From: Phaeosaccion multiseriatum
Taxonomy: Eukaryota; Protista; Ochrophyta, other classes
Assembly (NCBI GenBank): GCA_965112735.1
Contig: OZ218960.1
Location: forward strand, 1,302,001 to 1,366,000
DNA length: 64,000 bases
Direction of reading: 5' to 3'
Made by a program: the position numbers and the translations under genes. Below the pieces are notes generated by a model, which saw only the letters and a program-made list of their open reading frames with translations, was not told the DNA's origin and did not search any database. Shown here piece after piece: positions 1 to 9,659 of the stretch; position 1 is the first letter of the stretch; each line of letters starts with the position of its first letter.

Positions 1-493
1 GTCTTAAAACCCTTGGGAAGCCCCCCTCCACATGTCTTCTCGAGCGTCTGAATGTCCTCTGGGGTGGCGGGGTCACCATCCTCTAGAACTATGCTGGAGC
101 ACCGCGTGAACCAAGCGCACACATCTGCACAGCGAGAGGAGAGAACGGAAGATGAGAAGGTGGTCGTTCCCCCACGGCCCTTTCCTTCTTTCCTTACCTA
201 AGACGCACTGCTGTATTTCGTCTATTGACATGCTTCCCCTCCTCCGGTTCCCCTCCACCGCAACAGTCACCATGTTGCCACTACGTCAGGCCGTGGAGAG
301 CACCGTGACGAAGCAAGAGAACGGCGGGATGGTGGGGGCGAGTCAACCGTCCGGTGAAGAACCAACGTTTGTACCTGTGAATCCGTTACTTTTTTCACGG
401 GAGATGCATCTGATCTGTGGAGCCATTGACTTCCTTCTCTACCTTCTGAATTGGCCTGCATTGCATGGTTCGCTAGAGAGCGCTGGCACTGCC

Positions 494-1456
494 ATGCCGA
501 CAACTGCAGCCCCCGGTTTCAGCAGCAGCTTGCTCTCAGGTGGGGGCAGCGAGAAGAAGCGGATCTACGTGACCTTCGAAGGAACCACCGCATGCGTAGC
601 ATGGTTCAGTGGCGCTAGCGATGAGAGCATTTGTAAGGGAATCGCGCAAGCCTTGCGACTGCCTGCAGGCGCCGGTTTCTGCGTCATCGATCCCAGCGAT
701 GATGAGGGAAGCGTGCTTGCCATAAGTGACTCCATGCCTTCCGGGCTCCAGGTAACCCTTCAATTGGGCAGAGAAACAAAGCCACCAGCATCAGCGGTGG
801 AACGGGAGGCACGAGGAGGAGAAGAAGAAGGAGGAGGAGGTGTAGGAGGAGCGTCAACACATCAGCAACAGTCACCCTATCAACCTTCGCTGCCGCTGAG
901 CGGGAGTGGACACAATAGCGACAGCGAGGAGGCGGACCGCCATGAGGGAGAGGGGCGGCCAACCGCAGCAACGAGCTACGGTGGAGTAGCGGTGAGTGGC
1001 GGCCTGAATGGTGGGGGCGGCAGCGGGAAGAAGCAAGGGGACCACAACAACAAGGGGGAGGGCGAAGAAGGAGACTTTCGAGGCCAACTACTCAAGTTCG
1101 AGCGGATCAACGCGCACCTGGCCAACGAGCGAACGTGGCTAGCGTGGGTGCGCACCGCCCTCTCCGTCCTCACGCTCGCCCTCAGCTTCCTCAGTCTCAC
1201 CGAAGACCTCAACACGTGGACAAAGGTGTGCGGGGGCATCCTCGGCATTGCGTTCGTGTCGAGCACTTTGCTTACCTATGTCACGGGGTGGAAACGCTAC
1301 CAGCGGGTGACGGAGGTGCTGGCGTGGAGGGGCAAGCAGATCCAGGGCAAGTTTGGGCGCTTTAGCCTTTCGTACCAAGCCCAAGTGCTGGCGTTTTCGC
1401 TGGCGCTGGCGCTACCGCTGTACGGCTATGCGGCCTACCGAGTGGACAGTTTGTAG
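494..1456 (+). CDS. DUF202 (YidH/VTC1-like) three-TM membrane protein with an N-terminal soluble domain
   Basis: ORF 152..1456 contains RINAHLANERTWLAWVRTALS (DUF202 signature ANERT-x-L-x-W-x-RT) followed by three hydrophobic segments. Start is uncertain: ATG 494 (MPTTAAP) chosen, upstream in-frame ATGs exist. Confidence 0.75.
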   Translation: MPTTAAPGFSSSLLSGGGSEKKRIYVTFEGTTACVAWFSGASDESICKGIAQALRLPAGAGFCVIDPSDDEGSVLAISDSMPSGLQVTLQLGRETKPPASAVEREARGGEEEGGGGVGGASTHQQQSPYQPSLPLSGSGHNSDSEEADRHEGEGRPTAATSYGGVAVSGGLNGGGGSGKKQGDHNNKGEGEEGDFRGQLLKFERINAHLANERTWLAWVRTALSVLTLALSFLSLTEDLNTWTKVCGGILGIAFVSSTLLTYVTGWKRYQRVTEVLAWRGKQIQGKFGRFSLSYQAQVLAFSLALALPLYGYAAYRVDSL

Positions 1457-1771
1457 TAAGACACAGTAGTGGGAGAAATGAAACAGAAACTGATACATAC
1501 TTACATTACATGATACTAAGCCGAGTTGTTTTGTACCCATATATTTATTTTATGTGTTCATCTGTATATTGGGGGGGGGGAAGGCGATCTAAAGGCGCAA
1601 ACCCAAAAAGCTTTCATTGAAATATTCAGTATGAACAAGTTGAAGTTGAGAGAGTGTTGGTTGCCTGCTGAGTACGTGGCGAATGCCTCCTCCTGTCTAA
1701 CCAGTCTCTCTGGAAAATGGCGTTGGTTATTTACACGAGCATTGTCATCAACGGGCCTGGTTTGCCCAAGA

Positions 1772-2549
1772 TAAGGGTCGATGAAAGTGCCAACATACAT
1801 AACAAACGCCCTCGTCCAGAGATATGACCAAGGACGGAAGTCCGTAGTGCAGAGCTGTGACTTTGTCTGTCATATCTCTGGAAGAGGATGTTGGTGATAT
1901 ACACCGGCTTTGTGACCAACACACTTGGCCAACAAGCCAATACGAGGGTCGATTACCAAGCCGACATACATAACAAACGCCCTCGTCCAGAGATACGACC
2001 AATGACGGAACTTCGTAGTCCAGAGCTGTGACTTTGTCTGTCATATCTCTGGAAGAGGATGTTGGTGATATACACCGGCTTTGTGACCAACACACTTGGC
2101 CAACAAGCCAATACGAGGGTCGATTACCAAGCCGACATACATAACAAACGCCCTCGTCCAGAGATACGACCAATGACGGAACTTCGTAGTCCAGAGCTGT
2201 GACTTTGTCTGTCATATCTCTGGAAGAGGATGTTGGTGATATACACCGGCTTTGTGACCAACACACTTGGCCAACAAGCCAACACGAGGGTCGATTACCA
2301 AGCCGACATACATAACAAACGCCCTCGTCCAGAGATACGACCAATGACGGAACTTCGTAGTCCAGAGCTGTGACTTTGTCTGTCATATCTCTGGAAGAGG
2401 ATGTTGGTGATATACACCGGCTTTGTGACCAACACACTTGGCCAACAAGCCAACACGAGGGTCGATTACCAAGCCGACATACATAACAAACGCCCTCGTC
2501 CAGAGATATGACCAAGGACGGAAGTCCGTTGTGCAGAGTGGTGACTTTC
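1772..2549. repeat. Tandem repeat, 171-bp unit, ~4.5 copies
   Basis: The anchor acatacataacaaacgccctcgtccagaga recurs at 1793, 1964, 2135, 2306 and 2477 (period 171), with few substitutions between copies. Confidence 0.95.
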
Positions 2550-2728
2550 GCCAAGCCTCTCTCTCTCCCTGCCTGGGGGAGACTGCTGGTCGTGTAGGTT
2601 GTAGGTAACATGCCTTCCATCGTATGTCCCAGGCGTGCCACTTACAACATACACGCATCACCTGCCATCCATCCAATACCGTCTGCTGTTCGCTCCTTCC
2701 CTTCCCTTCAGGAGGGGAGGTTTATTGT

Positions 2729-3824
2729 TTATTTCTGGGGGGGGTCCGGTCTTTTGTCCGCCTTGAGAAAGAGTTTGGCGATCAAGGGCAAGATACCCGT
2801 CTCGGGCTTACGCGACTGCACCTCCTTCCTGTAGGCCTCCTCCTTCTGGGGCATCTTGGCCAAGTTCTGCACGATTGGGGGCGGAGGGGAGGGGGGGGGG
2901 CGGGCCCAAGAAAGGCACGGGCGAGGGGGTGAGGAGGGAGAGAAGGTGACAAAAAGCTCTCGAAAGGCGCAAACTTCGTCGTACTTCTCTGTGTGTCTCT
3001 CCGCCACATGACACACACATTGAAAGCAGGCAAACTCCTATTGGCGAATGCCCCCCCCCTCCTCTTTCTCTCTTCCTCCGAGCTCACCTCTGTGATTTTC
3101 TGTGCTCTGGCTTCTCTCGTGCGACTCCTCTTGGTGCCTTTCAGAGGCTTGAGTTCCCAAGGGGTACGCGGGGTGTCCCATCGCGAGTCCCACCCGCCTG
3201 AGGCAGAGTAGGCAGACCACATGGGGAAGGGGTTGGACAGGCAAACAGACACACACACAATCAAAACAAAACATTAGGCGGTGTGGCATTGCTCTGGCGC
3301 GAAGTCGTCTGGAGAGAAGGGAGTAGCGACAGCATCATACAGTAGGTGTGTCGGCACATCGACTTAGAGAAGAAACAACAAAAGGGGGGAGGAGCTCCTC
3401 CTGCCTTTCGTTCACCCACCTTCTTCCAACGAGACAGCTCTTGGCCCAAAGTTTCCCTTAATGATGGCTTGCTTCCTCAAGGCTGCGGCTTTGCGGGCCG
3501 ACACGTCGGCTTTTCTCCAACGTCCAGAGGGCTGTGACCGTAGGGAAGAAGGGTGTGTGTGTGAGGAGCGAGGGCGGGGGAGGGTGGATCGGACACAGGA
3601 TAGCGATGAATGCATGTGCGAGTGAAACAGAGAGAAGCCTGTGCAGCTAGGAGTGAATGATTGGCCGCTCAAAAAGGCCATTAAAGTGACCGAGGGCATG
3701 CACGCACAGGCATTTGCTCTTCGGAAAGTGCTCGTAAGAATCTGGTGTGGTCACTGACCTGCAGCTTTGGTCGCAGACATGTCGCCCCGCTGGAGACCAG
3801 CTTCCGCAGCGTCGCCCCGGCCAT
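2729..3824 (-). CDS. Probable mitochondrial large-subunit ribosomal protein mL59 (yeast Mrpl25-like), 4 exons, ~141 aa
   Basis: Exons 3824-3759, 3531-3420, 3197-3088 and 2866-2729 have GT-AG borders and join in frame: MAGATLRKLVSSGATCLRPKLQ-PSGRWRKADVSARKAAALRKQAIIKG..-GGWDSRWD..KPLKGTKRSRTREARAQKITE-NLAKMPQKEEAYRKE. The W-x-x-x-x-x-S-x-R and KG-x-K-x-x-R..KI..MP pattern resembles mL59 (from memory). Confidence 0.65.
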
Positions 3825-4267
3825 GGCCTTCGATAGGCCTCAAAGAGAAGAGTACAGCAGGACCCCTTATGTGCGCGATGCGTTTGGTGCGAGAGAGTGA
3901 TAGCGACTGTGAGGAGGCGCACACAGGGTGGGAGAGAGAAAAGCCCGTATGACTCCAAATCTCTCGTTCATTTTCCGCCGTTACTTTTACTCACCCTCTC
4001 TCGGGACATCTCTCCAATCTATCACATTTTTATCCCTGCTCTGGTCAATGGGAGACGTCAGTCAGAGCCTTCGGTACTGATTCCAACGCTGGTGGGAGCC
4101 CTTCTGCATCGTCCTATCCAGAGCAGTGCACCTTTTCCGGTGCAGGATGTGCCTTAATTGAGAGGGGAAGGATGGCAGAGTGGAAGCTTGCCTGATGACA
4201 GGACAGGAGAGATCCCTTGCACGAGCCGCGCAGCTTCGTTGGGCCAGGCCGAACGGCCCAAGACACC

Positions 4268-6052
4268 ATGCCAGCCTTAGGCGCTCAAGTGGAGACCAGG
4301 CGGGGACGCCCCCCCCCTGCGTTTGACCGCGACGACATTCCGGAGAAACGCAAAACCTTGAGGCCTTCGTACTCGAGATACTACGGGCAGCCTTCAAGGG
4401 TCGATGGTGGTGGGGCGGATGCACATGAGCAGCGCCAGCTACAAAGCAATCCAACGCCCAATAATGGTGGCAAGGACGACCCCTTTCATCCAGATCGTTT
4501 GACCCCGGCCGGCATTCCCACTAGGCCCAAGTCGTATGACACACAGGCTTTGCTCACACAAGTCGGTGAGTCTACCATTGGAACATCGCCTCCGTGAGAA
4601 TACTGATCGTGACCCGCACCCTGGCCCTGCTCACATCCTGACCCCGAGATGAGCTCACCCTATCATTGCCGTCTTTCCCTCTCCCCCTCTCTCTCACTTT
4701 TCCCCTCTCCTCCTCTCTCCCTCTCTCTCTCACCCCCCCCCCTCTCTCTCCCTTTCTCCCCCCCCCCCCCCCGCGCTTTCTTCCTCTCTTCCTCCTCACC
4801 CGATCTCCATCACCCTCCCTCTCCCTCCCTCTCCCTCCCTCTCCCTCTCCTTCTTGGACATGAGCAGTAGACCTTGCGTTCACGCAACAGCAAGCTCAAG
4901 CTAGTAACGCGGGCCAACTCATACGGTATCCGGAGGCCTATCGAGACCACGTGAGGGCTTTAGTAGGAGGCTATGTGGAGGGTGATACCCAGGCGATCGC
5001 AGGGGAGTCTAGGCAGTGCAAGAGAATGGCCCAACTCAAGTATCGTGCCCTATTGGAGGTTCAAATCGAGGAGACGAGGAGGAGGAAGGAGGAGGAGCGC
5101 AGGGCCGTGCGGGAGAGAGATGAACGTGAGGCGGCCGTGGCAGCAGCGGGGGTGAGTGAGTGAGACGCAGAGGGGATTCAGCGAGACAACTTTGAGGGGC
5201 ATGAATTTGAAGTGGGGGATTGAGCGAAATTGTCAGGCAAGGTTGATTGATATGATTGATTGAATGGATGGGCTGAGTGATTGATTGACTTATTGATCGA
5301 CCGCAGGTGTGTGTCCGTGTGTCAGGAGGTGCGGGACCTGCTGCCCTCTTACACCCCCCCCCCCCGCCCCACCCCTCTCTTCATCACGGGGCGCTAACCC
5401 TACCCATCACACGGAACTTACGTTACCTTCACCGTGTTCCGAACACCACAGGCGGACCCCTGGGGAAAGCCCGGAGGGGGTGCGCCTTTCCGAGACCCTT
5501 CCGGGAAAGTTGCCACGAATGTCAAGCGCCTGTGCAGAGAGCAAGAGCTGAGCAGGCAGCAGCAGCGACAGGAGCTGCAGAACTGCACCCGTCAAGGCAC
5601 CACGCCCTGGGAGCAGCAATGCCCGCACGAAGAACTCCCCGGGGGGGGAGTGATAGACACTGCATCTACCGTTGGTGATACAGAAGTACACAGAGCACCG
5701 CCGCCGCCGGAGACGGCAGGGCGGAGGTATTCGATGGATCGCGAGAGACCCGAGGGGAAGATGCATCCTCAGGCCGCCGTCGGAGCATCGGACCCCCCCT
5801 GGGGTCATGACGACCCGTCTTTCTCTCCAGTGTCAGTGGCGCAGAGGGAGTCTGTGACAAGGGCCGCGCGTCAGCGCCAATATAGGGTGAGGAGGGGAGG
5901 AGGGGGAGGAGAGGGAGGAGGGTGGGAAGGGTGATGGGGGTGATGAGGGTGATGAGGGTGAGTATGGTAAGAAGAGTGAGAGAAAGGAAGAGAGAACAAA
6001 AGAGACCTGACAGGTGGCAGCAGATTGCGGGCCATTGGTGAGTGGCGTCTCT

Positions 6053-6102
<50 letters not shown>

Positions 6103-6172
6103 ACACACACGCACACACACACACATACACACGCACACACACACACACACGCACACACACACACACACATAC

Positions 6173-6221
<49 letters not shown>

Positions 6222-6777
6222 TCCATTCCTTTCTGCGCCACAACCTTGGCCCCTGTGCGCGTTCTCCACCCTCCACCCTTACTCGACCCCTCTTCGTACT
6301 GTACAACTGCAGGTGGCTCTGAATCAGCAGGTGGAGGAGAAGCGACGGCTAAGGCAGAGAGAAGCAGAGGAGGAGCATGAGAGGGAGGTACGCCAACGGG
6401 CCCGACGGGCGGCGGCAGCGGCAGCAGCTTCGGCGGTGGCGGTTTTCGAGGCACAAGGAGAGGCGGCGGCAGCAGCGGCGGCAGAGGCAAGAGCTGAGGC
6501 AGCCCCGGCTCCTGGAGACAGCAAGAAGCGCATTACCGCTAAGAGCAGGGGCAGGAGCAGCGACGGTTACAGTTACAATTACGGTTACACAGCGGATCCG
6601 ATGGCGGGAGGTGGGGGAGGGGGTGGGACGATGAAGCAGCGCCAGCCAAACGTGAGTCCGGTGCGTACACCTGCCCCCCCAAGGGGGTATGAGGCAGCAG
6701 GATTAGCAGCAGGAGGAGGAGGGGCAACAGGAGGAGGAGCAGCAGCACCACCACCAGGGGGAGGAGGAGGAGGAGGA

Positions 6778-6833
<56 letters not shown>

Positions 6834-8325
6834 CAGAAGCAGGAGCGACACAGCCTCCGAGGCGGCCGTGAGGGAGGCCATCCGCCGCCATGAGGCCATC
6901 ATCAGGCAGCTCTCGCAGTCACTGGGGGGAGGGGGAGGAGGAGGAGGAGGAGGAGGAGGAGGAGGAGGAGGAGGAGGAGGAGGAGGAGGAGGAGGAGGAG
7001 GAGGAGGAGGAGGAGGAGGAGGAGGAGGAGGAGGAGGAGGAGGAGGAGGAGGAGGAGGAGGAGGAGGGAGAGGGAGAGGCCAGTCGCAGGCCGCAATCGC
7101 TAGTGCACCTCGCCTACCAGACAGAGATAGAAGCAGCCACGGCATTGGTGGGGAGGGGCGTCCGAGCCGTCGCCAACACCGTCCTCAGCACGAGCACCAA
7201 CAACCCTATTCCCAGCCCCCCGCCTCGTTGTATGGGAAGCAGCAGCAGGAGGAGGAGGAGGAGCAGCAGCGGAGACTCGCTCTTCCCAACGACTCGTCCC
7301 AGGGGGGCCACAACCCAGGGGGGCGGGGTGAGCCTCCGAGCTGGTATTCGCGCAAAGGCCGACTGCTGCGCCCTTGGGACGAAGACACAAAAGCCCAAGA
7401 AAACGGTCCATTGAGGTGTGTATACCATCTCCTAATCTCCTCCTTTCCTCCTCTGTGTGTCCTTTATCTCCTCTGTCTCCGCCCCTCCCCCTCCCTACCT
7501 GCCTTGCGCTTTTGGCCCGTGCCCGAGGAGGAGGACGTGCCTTCGTTTGACTCTGACACCCAACTTCCTTCGACTGCCTTCCATCCTCAAACCGCACTGA
7601 CAACTTGTTCATCCTTCTCGTCGCTCCCTCTCGCAGCTGTCCGAACCCTCCATCTTACGCTTCCCGTGAGGTACGAACGGGGCTGCGTTGCCTTTTTGCG
7701 TGCTTTGCTTGTCTCTCCTTCTCGCCCTCTGACAAAGTGCCTGTCATAAGCTGCCATCCTGCTGCTTCTGCTGCTGCTGTATGACCAGCTGCTCCTGGTG
7801 TTGCTGCTACCGCTGCTACCCCACCGTACGGTTCAGTCCCGCCATGTCCTCTTCGAACATAATCTCCCTTCCCCTCACTCCTCAATCCCGTTGACTTACT
7901 ACCTTCCCCTGACCCATGCAGTGGTCCCTGGAAACCCATCGGCCTCAAAGCCCCTCCGCGGTTTCCGAGCGCTCAGCCTTTGCCGACGACGGTGGCTATT
8001 GTTTGGACGGAGGGGATCATCGCGGACGATCGTCATACGGAAGCGGGGTAAGACTGTGCGGCAGGCATTTAACGTGCATATGGACAGTGTTTCTGCTACC
8101 CCCCCTCTCTCTCTTTTGCTCGCTCTGCCTCTCCCTCTCTCTCCCTCTCCGTCTCGCTGTCTCTTTGTATCTCTCTCCCTCTCTTCGTTGACTTCCAAAG
8201 TGGGATATGAGTAGGCATCTTATCTCATCGGATCATATGTGCTGCTCCGATTGCCTGCCCGCCCTGTTCCAAACACACACGCACGCAATCCACGGACGCA
8301 CACGCACACACACACACGCACACAC

Positions 8326-8369
<44 letters not shown>

Positions 8370-8743
8370 GCACGCACACCCACACACCCACCCACACACC
8401 CATGCCTCTGTTGCAGTACGGAGGTCTCAGCAGGCTTGGCAGCTGTGCAGGAGGAGCAAGCTCGTCTACCTTCAGATCGCTCCTGCCCAGCGGGAGTAGG
8501 AGGAGTACTCTCACCCTCGGTAGCAGCGTCTCTGGCATCGGTGGCGAAGGAGGGTTTCCACTCCCTCGTGGTGTGGGCTCTTTGTCTGCTTTCGAGCAGG
8601 ACGAGGACGAGCTAGACTCGCTCTTGTCCAGGTTGGGAGGCGCTGGGGGGGCTGGGGCCCAAGAGCACTCGCCGGCCGCTTGGTCTGCCGTGAAGGATAT
8701 GGCCAAGTATCACTCCTCCAGGAGCAGCCGGCAACTGAAATAG
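4268..8743 (+). CDS. CSPP1/CCDC66-like coiled-coil centrosomal/ciliary protein (multi-exon, low complexity)
   Basis: Motif [17 protein letters not shown] (ORF 5434..5934) resembles the CSPP1/CCDC66 WG-x-x-GGGAP-x-RD motif. Repeated Y-R-x-x-L-x-x-Q-[IV]-EE-x-RR coiled-coil segments at ~5040 and ~5880/6313. GT-AG introns. The 3' exon structure is uncertain. Confidence 0.55.
6054..6221. repeat. (CA)n compound microsatellite in an intron
   Basis: Directly visible; source of the spurious THTH/VCVC ORFs. Confidence 0.95.
6934..7066. repeat. (GGA)n trinucleotide tract, read as poly-Gly in the CSPP1-like exon
   Basis: Perfect GGA run within ORF 6025..7749. Confidence 0.9.
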
Positions 8744-8998
8744 CAACAGCAGCAGTAGCAGCAGCAGTAGAAGGTCAGGTGCGGCGGCGATGGCGATGAG
8801 GCGTCTGACCACTGGCACCAGATCATGAGAGCATGGCAACAGGGGAGAGGGAGAGGGCCCTGTCGAGCTGTTTGTGCGGCGCGCAAGAGTGTAGTCGGTG
8901 CACAATTGTATACAGCAGAAGTAGTGTAGTAGTAGCAGCAGCAGTAGTAGTAGCAGTAGTAGTACTAGTACTAGTAGAAGAAGAAAGAAGAGAGTAGG

Positions 8999-9030
<32 letters not shown>

Positions 9031-9070
9031 GAGGAGGAGGAGGCGGAGGAGTGTAGTAGTGTAGCAGTAG

Positions 9071-9309
9071 AAGTATCGAATCCTGACGCGTTATTGAGCT
9101 ATCGCCGATAGCTGCGAGGTTGGCCCTTCGGGCCCAATAGCGCGCTATTGGTACGCATCAATAGCTGATAGCGTGCCGGCTGACGCGGGCAATAGCGTGT
9201 CAGGGGTCGAGAGACCCTGGACGCTTCATTTAGTTAAGAAAGCTCTCCACTTGGTCTTTACGGGTTCGGTAGTGAGTTCAAACCCGAAAAAGAAAGGAAA
9301 AGTATCGAA
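9071..9309. mobile_element. Putative small non-autonomous insertion (SINE/MITE-like), highly self-complementary
   Basis: 10-bp direct repeat aagtatcgaa at 9071-9080 and 9300-9309. Imperfect inverted repeat 9076-9096 / 9190-9210. Internal palindromes at 9097-9113 and 9134-9151. A-rich 3' end. Lies between two convergent genes. Confidence 0.45.
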
Positions 9310-9659
9310 GCTTCTGTGCCTACTCATACCCATGTGCATCGCCCAATCTTACTATAGTTGTCAGTCCTACGGTCCTGCCCGGGTCCTGGCCCCGAGAAGC
9401 TACAGGGAAGCCGAGGGGGAGGGCTGCCTAAGCAGAGAGGGTGTAGAGAGTGTCTCTCTCTCTCCGCAGCACCATGGGAAGGAGAAGGCGTCAAGCAAGC
9501 CTCCACTACCTTTCCTTCGACTGCTATTCCCGCCGCCGCCGCTGCTGCTCTCCTCCTATTGCTGCTGAAGCCCCACCTGTTGCTGTGCTGCTGAAGCACC
9601 AACTGTTGCCGTGCTGCTGAAGCACCAACTGTTGCTGTGTGTGGCGGGGCGATACGCGC

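Noticed and set aside
1772-2549. CRISPR array or alpha-satellite
   Set aside because: Units are repeated end to end with no unique spacers and no cas genes. The 171-bp length matches alpha-satellite, but I see no sequence resemblance.
5666-6490. VCVC/THTH-rich ORFs here and at ~8.3, 15.0, 16.1, 33.1, 52.4, 59.6 and 62.3 kb
   Set aside because: Translations of intronic (CA)n/(GT)n microsatellites.
9220-9295. tRNA gene
   Set aside because: A-box-like and B-box-like words are present, but I could not fold an acceptor stem or anticodon arm.
9081-9299. Hammerhead ribozyme
   Set aside because: CUGA words are present but not followed by the required N-GA core with correctly placed GAAA and stems.
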